64,000 bases of DNA from contig JAANOX010000243.1 in NCBI GenBank assembly GCA_020184695.1, forward strand, positions 496,001 through 560,000, read 5' to 3'. Below, one piece after another: positions 56,225 through 64,000 of this stretch (position 1 is its first letter; each line of letters begins with the position of its first letter). Made by a program: the position numbers and the translations under genes. The notes under the pieces are model-generated. The model was not told the origin of the DNA and searched no databases. It saw only the letters and a list, made by a program, of their open reading frames with translations. The DNA is from Histomonas meleagridis 2922-C6/04-290x (Eukaryota; Protista; Parabasalia).

Positions 56225-56546
56225 CATTGGTAAGTAAAATTACATTTCATGAAATTTATTTTTAATTATATTCACAATAAATTCATGAATTAAAGACAAG
56301 ATTAAAATTGAATGTAATTTAAAATTTTATACTTTTTTATTTTACGTTATGTTTTGTCCATTTTGATCAAAAAGAAGAAAATGTTTAACCTATTGTTATC
56401 AATTCGTTTCAAAAATTGACGTTAAATTGAGTGTTATCAACCCATAAATTCAACTGAAAATTCCTATAAAATCGTTGACAACAGCCAATTTTCAAAGGTA
56501 CGATAGTTTTCGGGTATCGTTTCGGTAGCCAAAGCTTGTTGTGAGG

Positions 56547-57617
56547 ATGAAAAATAAAATCAATCAGCCCCCAAAGCACCCTATTGGATCTCTTATCATG
56601 AATTATATAATAGGTCCAAAAATTGGTCAAGGAGCATTTGGTGAAATTTATTCTGCAATTGATCAAAAAACTGGACTTATTTGGGCTATAAAAACAGAAG
56701 CAAATTCATCAAAACGTAAAACCCTAACATTTGAATATCAAATTTTAGCACGTGTTCAATCATCTCCAACGTTTCCCAGATTAGGAATATTAGGGCATGG
56801 AAAAGACTTTGGTTTTATTTCCATGGAATTGCTTGGCCCCAGCCTTGCCACTATTTTGAAAGAACTTCCCAATCATAATTTTTCATTTAGTACAGGAATT
56901 CGTGCATCTTATTACATTTTAAAATGCATAGAGTCACTTCACGTCTTTGGTTTTGTTCATCGTGATATTAAACCAGGGAATATTCTTACTCGTGAAGGAA
57001 GTGATCATCCCTTATGTCTTATTGATTTCGGCCTTTCTCGTATGTACATTGATCAATCCACTGGAAGACATCTTTCTGAGCGGCCTAGGATAGGTTTTCG
57101 TGGTACCAGAGCATATGCTAGTATCAATGCGCATCATTCACATGATTTGTCACGTCGCGACGATCTTATTTCATGGTTTTATCTCACCTATGAATTTGTT
57201 ATAGGTGTTCTTCCATGGCGGAGTGCCGAAAACAAAGATGAGATTGTGTTGATTAAAGAAAAATTCGATGTTGCATCGAGAGTATCCCCAATTGCGCCTG
57301 AACTATATGAAGTTTGGAGACATATTTCTGCTCTTTCCTTTACAGACACGCCTAATTATGCCCATATATATGAATGCTTGTCACGCATTTGTCGGAGAAA
57401 TGGACTCAAGTTAAATGATCCATTCGATTGGGCAGAAATATTACATAGACATAATAGTAAAATAGCAAAATCAGTCGAAGCATTAAAGCCCAACAGTGGA
57501 TTAAAACAGAATAAAGTTTCAGAATCAGAATTGCAGGAACAACTGTTGCAGTCAACAATAACAATACCGCCGCCTTTTAGTCAGTTCTCTGAAGACTCTA
57601 AATGCAGCTGTTGCTGA
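56547..57617 (+). CDS. Casein kinase 1 family kinase (TTBK/CK1-like)
   Basis: GQGAFGEIY, MELLGPSL, HRDIKPGN, LIDFGLSR, GTRAYASIN, SRRDDL. C-terminal CSCC is a possible lipidation site. Confidence 0.92.
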   Translation: MKNKINQPPKHPIGSLIMNYIIGPKIGQGAFGEIYSAIDQKTGLIWAIKTEANSSKRKTLTFEYQILARVQSSPTFPRLGILGHGKDFGFISMELLGPSLATILKELPNHNFSFSTGIRASYYILKCIESLHVFGFVHRDIKPGNILTREGSDHPLCLIDFGLSRMYIDQSTGRHLSERPRIGFRGTRAYASINAHHSHDLSRRDDLISWFYLTYEFVIGVLPWRSAENKDEIVLIKEKFDVASRVSPIAPELYEVWRHISALSFTDTPNYAHIYECLSRICRRNGLKLNDPFDWAEILHRHNSKIAKSVEALKPNSGLKQNKVSESELQEQLLQSTITIPPPFSQFSEDSKCSCC

Positions 57618-58023
57618 AAGAATATCATTTTTGCGCAAAATATATTTATTTATATAAATAAAATATAAATTTCTATCACAAAATCAATATTTCTTTTAGG
57701 ATACTGATTTTTGAAAAGTCAAAGTTAGATGCTGATACGAAATATTGATTTCAATATTATTTATTATTTTTATTTAGAAAGAAAAAAAGTTCATTTCCTC
57801 TGGAAATAATAATATTTATATGACATTAACCATAAAAATTCTATCATAAAGTAACAAATCAAAAATAAAATTAATTGAAGTGCTCTAAGTCAGTGTAACA
57901 TTTATCAATAATACATTCAAAGAAGGTAATTTTGATCTTCAACATTTCATTACTTTATGCATAATTTAATTAATTATTAATAATTTAAAATTTGTATTAC
58001 TTAAATTGTTTTAATATTAAACT

Positions 58024-59520
58024 CTATTCAAATGTCGAAACTCTCACAACTCCCCTTCGCTTTGGGTTGGACACCATCACAGGCTTCTTGTTTTGGTTTG
58101 ACAGGTCCGGCAAGTCGGGTAACTTCTGTTCTTTCTGTTCCTCTTCTTCATTATTTGCTTTGTTTAGTTCCTCTTCTTGTTGCGTCTTCAGCGCAGTTCC
58201 CGGAGGCAACTCGCAATGTATCAATTTTCCATTGACATAATCCTTCAAGACAATTCTTGCGGCTCTTGCTTCATCGGGGTTACCATGCGCAGTGTAAAAT
58301 GATCGAATTTTAGCCAAGTTCTGTAACAAATCATTTGCGGTGCATTTGGGCTTAAGTTTAGTACCATATAATATGTTGAATGCTTCATATGGTACTTTGC
58401 TAACTACAATTTGAACTGGACCAAGCCAATCAGTCATTTGATCAATGTTTAAAACGCCATTAGTTATCATCGCAGCACGACTTGTTTCAAATAATGGGAA
58501 AACAAGCCCTGGACAATCACAAACTGTAATACCATCTTCTTCCATATTAATCGTTTGAAGATGCTTTGTTTTACCTGGTGTTGAGCTGGATCGAACACAT
58601 ATTCGTCCAACAGCTGAGTTTAACATCGATGATTTCCCAACATTCGGAAAACCGACAAAACCGACGGTTACACGCCCATCACGACCAGTCGTTTTAGCAA
58701 GTGACTTAGCTTTAAGAACAACTTCTTTGGGGGTTAACGCTCCTTCAACACCACCTGGAATTGTGGTAACAAATTCATATGAAAATCCAAGATCATTTTG
58801 CATGGAATCAAAATAATGACTCCATTCTCTTCGAATTGGAAGTGGAATAAGATCGGCTTTGTTAACAGCTATAAGAACTGGGAGTTTCAATTCATTCATA
58901 TATCGAACAAAATCATCACAGAAAAATGATAATGGATCACGACCATCAATTATATAGACTGCGACTTGTGAACGCTCAAGAACACGCCAAAGTTCTTTCC
59001 AAACTTCGGGATTCTTTTCAAATGGTGATAATACAATGTGTTCAGTTTCTTCTATTATAGCAAGTGCTCTTCTCCATTCTATAAGTTCTAAAGTTTCGCT
59101 TTCATGAAGTTGTTCTGGTGTTGTGTTTTCATCCCAATATGGACGTCTTGGAATTCTTAATCTATTTTTGAGACGTTCTTCTGCCATAATTTGTTCGGGT
59201 GATTTATGAAGAATTTCGAAGTCATCTGTTGTGATTTGAACACGGTCAACAATACGAAGAGTACCATGTTGAGCAGCAAATGCTTTACCATCAAGATCAG
59301 CATCAGCAATAAAATCTCCAAGTGAATAATCATCTGTTCTTGATCTAAGACGATCTTCTGGAGGAACAACTGAATCAGGAATGTTATACTTTGTTGGTCC
59401 ATGATTTCCTTCTCCTGTTCGAATCCTATTTTTAACCTTCGAATTAATAAGAGCTGATCCTAAACCATCTTTCTTTTTCCTTGCATCTCTCTTACGGTTT
59501 GTTTTTCCGCCTCTCTTCAT
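58024..59520 (-). CDS. LSG1: Large ribosomal subunit circularly permuted GTPase Lsg1
   Basis: SPFEKNPEVWKELWRVLERS, NKADL, GFPNVGKSS, PGKTKHLQT, DCPGLVFP. Confidence 0.88.
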   Translation of the reverse strand: MKRGGKTNRKRDARKKKDGLGSALINSKVKNRIRTGEGNHGPTKYNIPDSVVPPEDRLRSRTDDYSLGDFIADADLDGKAFAAQHGTLRIVDRVQITTDDFEILHKSPEQIMAEERLKNRLRIPRRPYWDENTTPEQLHESETLELIEWRRALAIIEETEHIVLSPFEKNPEVWKELWRVLERSQVAVYIIDGRDPLSFFCDDFVRYMNELKLPVLIAVNKADLIPLPIRREWSHYFDSMQNDLGFSYEFVTTIPGGVEGALTPKEVVLKAKSLAKTTGRDGRVTVGFVGFPNVGKSSMLNSAVGRICVRSSSTPGKTKHLQTINMEEDGITVCDCPGLVFPLFETSRAAMITNGVLNIDQMTDWLGPVQIVVSKVPYEAFNILYGTKLKPKCTANDLLQNLAKIRSFYTAHGNPDEARAARIVLKDYVNGKLIHCELPPGTALKTQQEEELNKANNEEEEQKEQKLPDLPDLSNQNKKPVMVSNPKRRGVVRVSTFE

Positions 59521-59552
59521 TTAAGATTTTCTACATGACCAAGCTTCGGTTT

Positions 59553-59572
59553 GGGGTACTCCATCGACCGTT
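59553..59572 (-). promoter_or_regulatory. Putative composite core-promoter element upstream of LSG1
   Basis: Sense AACGGTCGATGGAGTACCCC, 32 nt before the ATG, inside a 90-bp bidirectional spacer. Confidence 0.4.
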
Positions 59573-59610
59573 ATACATTAAACTGCCTTTAACCGTTAGT
59601 GATAAGGGTA

Positions 59611-62600
59611 ATGTCGGACGAAGAAAAAATAAAACCTAGTGATGATTCTATTCTTTTGGAAATTTTGAAAAAGTTTTTAAGCCAGAATGAAAATCATAAG
59701 GAAATTTCGAATGATGATTATTCAATTACAAAACAATATATTATTCCATCATTAAATAAACAACAAATTCAAGAAATATCTGAAAGCATTCAAGCAGGGA
59801 ATTCTTACATTGATGCTTTGAATCCAATCTCTGATGTATTTTCTTTTGATCCAGGAATCCTAGAAAAATTTGGTCATAATTTCAAAATAACTATGGCACA
59901 TTTTTTATCATGGATTTCTTCCAAAGATGTTAGTGAAAAATTATCAAGTATTTCACTTTTAATTAATTCGTTATTATTCTTAAATACTTCAAAATTAATA
60001 CAACGTTTTTCAATCAAGAAATCACTCGAACACTACATTACCTATACCGACATTCCAATTCCTAATGAGTTATTTTATCAATGTTTTACGTTTTGCGAGT
60101 CATATTATTATTCACTTTTTGTTTCTGTTTTTAAATTTTCAAAAGATGAAAATTATCGTGAACAAATTATACGATCATTACGAGTTTCTATAGAGTTTTA
60201 TCCTGATGATTTTAAGTCGTGTGATTTTGATTCTTTTATAATTTTACTTGATGATTATATAGAAAAACTACATGAAGATACATTACATTTAATTTCTCAT
60301 ATTTCCAAGATATATGAAAGCGATCTATTGATGAATGTTTTCAAGAAATTACCAGCAATAATTGAAAGGTTTATTCATAATTCAATACAAATTCCGGATT
60401 TTAAAAAATTTAATATATCTTTAGACTTTACATTTGAATATTCCTTTAATTTTGATGTTGAAAATACATTTCCTAAAGGTTTATCACCATTAGATCCTAT
60501 AGTATTTGAAGATTTTAAAAGTTATGATGATTATTTACCGAATGAAACACTTGAATTTTATGATTCAATTATAACATTTTTTGATGAGTTACCTAATAAA
60601 TATATAAATTTTTATGTTGAGCAATTATCAAATTATCTTTTTGGTACTCAAAACATTGAATATTATATAATTTTTATTAAATTTTTATTTCGATATGAGA
60701 AAATCCAAATAACAAAAAATATATTAAAATCATTATTTAATCCCATAATATTTGAACCCGAAATTAATATGTTTTTAGATAAGAAAGAAGATGAAATTGT
60801 AGTGTTTACAATTCGGAAACATCTTTTTACATATATCATTGAAAAACATCAATATTGTTTACCTGAAATTTTAGATTATTTTAAGATATATCCATTTATA
60901 TATTCAGAAGTTATTGGATATTTACATTTAAAATTATCAATTTTAAATTTAGAATTATTTATACGTGAAGAAACATTAGAATCATTAATACAAGTATTAA
61001 CAATTTTAGGGAAATTACATAAAATATATAAAGATAATACTGAAATATTTAATTCGATTCAATCATGTAGATCGATTATATTTATATTTTTATTTACGAT
61101 ACTTGATAATCAAGAAGTATCAATGAAATGTTTCTCAACAAGTATATTTGTTAATTGGTATTTATTATATCTTTTAGATCCATCATTACGATTTTCAATC
61201 TTTTCATCATTATCGAAATTTTTAATAAACTGTAATGAAAACCATCAAATTAAACCATGTATTGATTCTATCTCAAGTTTATTTGCTGTATGTACTTCTT
61301 CAAATGAACAACAAGCAATAGATTTAGGATTAGAATTAATTACATTAATAAATGAAGCCGGAATAATTAATAAAAATGTTCATTCATTTGATATATTAAT
61401 TAATCCAATAACAATGTTTTTATATGCGCATCCATCACCTTCTTTTTTAAGACAAACGTTTCATTTGTTATTACAAATTTCTTTATCTGCTAAAACAAAT
61501 GTTGAATTAACTACAAAACAAATTCAACAGTTTTCTGACGCAATTCGAAAAATAGAAGAAAATGATCCAACTGAAGAAACTATTTCTGCATTACTTGGAT
61601 TAATTGGTTCTGTAAGATATGCGAATACTTCATCAATGTTTATCATAGCTAATTCTTCGTTAATATTATTAATATTTAGTATAGTTCGAACACAAGAAAA
61701 ATTCGAATTAATTTTGACGTTTTTCGAAAAGTTATGTAATCATTCGATATATAATTGTTTCCAATGTCATCATGGTGAATTAGATTATTTATTACTTCAT
61801 TATATATCTGAGAAATCGAAAACATTTAAAATTAGAGGTTGTACATTTGATAATTTAACAAATAATCAAATAATATTAACGAAAATATTTCCATTATTTT
61901 TATCGATAAGTTTAATTAAATCTTCAGTTAATATTACAATGAAATGTATTTGGTTATTAAATCCTAAAAAAGAATTTTCAAATGAATTTCGTAATTCGAT
62001 TTTTGAAATGCTTAATAATCAATTATTTTATTTAGGTAAAAACAATTCGACTATTTTACCATTTCGATTTTTTAATGAAGCATTATTACATCAAACTAAT
62101 TTACCGATTGATTTATTTACTGAATTTACATATCAATGTTCAGTTAAATTAGATTCAGCATATTCACAAATAGTTAATTCTAAACATTCTATTCTATCTG
62201 TATATGATTCACAATATAATGGAATTACATTATTCTTTAATGGTGATTCATTAGTTTGTCATGTATATAATCCGGATGGTGCATATTCTGTTTTATTATT
62301 GTCTTCATTTCCAAGTTGTAAATGGACAATGATAACAATAATATTTAAAGTCACTAAAAATAAAGGAATAATATTATTCCAATTAAATAATAAAAATACT
62401 GATTTGTTTTCGATAACACCACCTGTTTTTCAATCGCCTACTGTAAATATAGCTATAGGTGCATTATTAGAAAGACAAGATTCGAAATGTACGATTAAAG
62501 ATGGTTATCCTTTATTTCTTGATCATTTATTATTTTATAATTGTTGTTTAAATGAACAAGAAATATTACAAAATATTAATACTAATTCTTATTTAACTAA

Positions 62601-64000
62601 TAATTTAATTTTCTCATATCCAAACATTAAAAGTAATCCTTATAAACTTATTGAAAATAAAAAACGAATTCATTTCATCCCAAATATTTTGGATTGTTTA
62701 GGTACTAAAGAAGTTATTGAAGTTTTTATTTTATTATTTTCTTCAATAAATAAAATGCCTGAAAGTTATTTAAAGTCATTATTTACATTTTTGAAAAATA
62801 TTTTATTTTATTCCAAAAAACTACAAAAAGAATCTTCAATATTTACATTAATAGCTAATTTATTAATGAAAGCTAATCCTTCTATTTTAACATATTCTTT
62901 ATACTTAAATATCTTTGAAATATTAGATTCTTGTATAGAGCCATATATAATAAAAAGTTTAATTGATAATCTTTTATTAAATTTTGAGCTTTGGATTTCA
63001 TCTGAAGCTTCACAACTAATAAAAATAGTTACACATTGGAGTACATTGTTATTTGATTTATGTAAACAATATATTCAAGAAGTTCGAAGTTTTTCTTCAA
63101 TGCTTTCATATATTCGGATTTACTTTTGGTATAAACCTATCGAAACGGATATAATAAAAGGTGTTAAAAAACGAATTAGAGATCCGAATTTAAATATTAT
63201 TGAATGTCATAATCAACTTAAGAAATTAATGTATTCGATTGCTCATTCAACAGAAGAATTCTCTTCAAAAGATACTTTATCTTTATTATCACATTGTGCG
63301 ACTTGTAATGATATTCAACAAGTTTGTTTCTTCTTTAAATTACTTCGAAAGATTTGTAAGCCGAATAAAACGATTATAAATTATTTGTTATTCTTTTTTA
63401 AGCCTAAAAAAGAAGATGTTTTTATTGAAGCATTAAAAACTTTATATATAAATTCAGGAGATAATATACTTGAAAATATTGATATAATAAATTCATTAAT
63501 TAATAAACTTTATTTTACTCAAGAATTATTTAATAAATGTATCGAAATTTTACCAAAATATCCATTAATATATCCATTAATCATTAAAATTTCGATATTT
63601 TTAGATTATAAAAATATGAAAACTATTTCATTATTAATGAAAAATATTCCTCAAAATGTATTTCATTTAATAAAAAAGAATCAAAATTGGGCTTTTTTAC
63701 CTTTAATACTTTCGTCTAAATTACAAAATCCTGATCATCGTAGTATAATATATTTCATATGTACAGTTTTATTAAAAGATTTTCATGTCGATGAATTAAA
63801 AAATGTTTTGACATTAATCGATATAATGGAAAATGATAACATTAAATTATCATTAATTAGAAATGAATTAGTTTCAACAATATTAAATTTAAATATATTT
63901 AAAAATGAAACTATTAAAATATCATTATTTGAAATTGGTATTAAAACAATTTTGTTTCATATCCCTAAAAAATTTATTTCGAACCCATTAAAAACTTTAT
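59611..64000 (+). CDS. Very large protein, N-terminal part of a probable Beige/BEACH-family protein, truncated by the window edge
   Basis: ATG at 59611. Spot checks keep the same frame to the window end. Contains a ConA-like beta region and LLLNFELWIS. Absent from the ORF track because no stop is reached. Confidence 0.65.
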   Translation, partial: MSDEEKIKPSDDSILLEILKKFLSQNENHKEISNDDYSITKQYIIPSLNKQQIQEISESIQAGNSYIDALNPISDVFSFDPGILEKFGHNFKITMAHFLSWISSKDVSEKLSSISLLINSLLFLNTSKLIQRFSIKKSLEHYITYTDIPIPNELFYQCFTFCESYYYSLFVSVFKFSKDENYREQIIRSLRVSIEFYPDDFKSCDFDSFIILLDDYIEKLHEDTLHLISHISKIYESDLLMNVFKKLPAIIERFIHNSIQIPDFKKFNISLDFTFEYSFNFDVENTFPKGLSPLDPIVFEDFKSYDDYLPNETLEFYDSIITFFDELPNKYINFYVEQLSNYLFGTQNIEYYIIFIKFLFRYEKIQITKNILKSLFNPIIFEPEINMFLDKKEDEIVVFTIRKHLFTYIIEKHQYCLPEILDYFKIYPFIYSEVIGYLHLKLSILNLELFIREETLESLIQVLTILGKLHKIYKDNTEIFNSIQSCRSIIFIFLFTILDNQEVSMKCFSTSIFVNWYLLYLLDPSLRFSIFSSLSKFLINCNENHQIKPCIDSISSLFAVCTSSNEQQAIDLGLELITLINEAGIINKNVHSFDILINPITMFLYAHPSPSFLRQTFHLLLQISLSAKTNVELTTKQIQQFSDAIRKIEENDPTEETISALLGLIGSVRYANTSSMFIIANSSLILLIFSIVRTQEKFELILTFFEKLCNHSIYNCFQCHHGELDYLLLHYISEKSKTFKIRGCTFDNLTNNQIILTKIFPLFLSISLIKSSVNITMKCIWLLNPKKEFSNEFRNSIFEMLNNQLFYLGKNNSTILPFRFFNEALLHQTNLPIDLFTEFTYQCSVKLDSAYSQIVNSKHSILSVYDSQYNGITLFFNGDSLVCHVYNPDGAYSVLLLSSFPSCKWTMITIIFKVTKNKGIILFQLNNKNTDLFSITPPVFQSPTVNIAIGALLERQDSKCTIKDGYPLFLDHLLFYNCCLNEQEILQNINTNSYLTNNLIFSYPNIKSNPYKLIENKKRIHFIPNILDCLGTKEVIEVFILLFSSINKMPESYLKSLFTFLKNILFYSKKLQKESSIFTLIANLLMKANPSILTYSLYLNIFEILDSCIEPYIIKSLIDNLLLNFELWISSEASQLIKIVTHWSTLLFDLCKQYIQEVRSFSSMLSYIRIYFWYKPIETDIIKGVKKRIRDPNLNIIECHNQLKKLMYSIAHSTEEFSSKDTLSLLSHCATCNDIQQVCFFFKLLRKICKPNKTIINYLLFFFKPKKEDVFIEALKTLYINSGDNILENIDIINSLINKLYFTQELFNKCIEILPKYPLIYPLIIKISIFLDYKNMKTISLLMKNIPQNVFHLIKKNQNWAFLPLILSSKLQNPDHRSIIYFICTVLLKDFHVDELKNVLTLIDIMENDNIKLSLIRNELVSTILNLNIFKNETIKISLFEIGIKTILFHIPKKFISNPLKTL

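Noticed and set aside
1-64000. tRNA, rRNA or snRNA genes
   Set aside because: No cloverleaf, T-loop in a non-coding context, or rRNA-like segment was recognised by eye. A covariance-model scan would be needed to exclude small RNAs.

Overview
AT-rich, gene-dense eukaryotic nuclear DNA from a parabasalid (trichomonad, probably Tritrichomonas-like). The evidence is one canonical trichomonad intron (GTATGT...GCTAACACACAG, 39239-39303), DUF3447-ankyrin genes, a trichomonad-type actin and very short intergenic spacers. About 28 ordinary genes are present, including RPC17-like, tubby-like, Vps29, Tfc4, V-ATPase a, acyl-CoA synthetase, Uba3, Siw14, kinases, Ras-like GTPases, LSG1 and a BEACH-like gene running off the right edge. 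There is also a decayed Mutator element with intact TIRs and 9-bp TSD, a four-domain saposin polyprotein, and several pseudogenes. The standout feature is two DUF3447-ankyrin genes (26851-29402 and 33532-37893) in which every ankyrin repeat is interrupted in its beta-hairpin by an AT-rich spacer. In 25 of 26 cases the spacer puts exactly 83 nt between the D codon and the T codon of TAL, where 15 nt would be expected. The spacers break the frame, carry stops in diverged copies, lack GT-AG and ACTAACACACAG signals, and can form a hairpin with apparent covariation. The flanking ankyrin segments stay stop-free and ankyrin-like. I infer an undescribed class of ~68-nt non-canonical (AT...AT) introns or translational-bypass elements. 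This is an inference that needs RNA or protein data. All family assignments are from motif recognition, not database searches.
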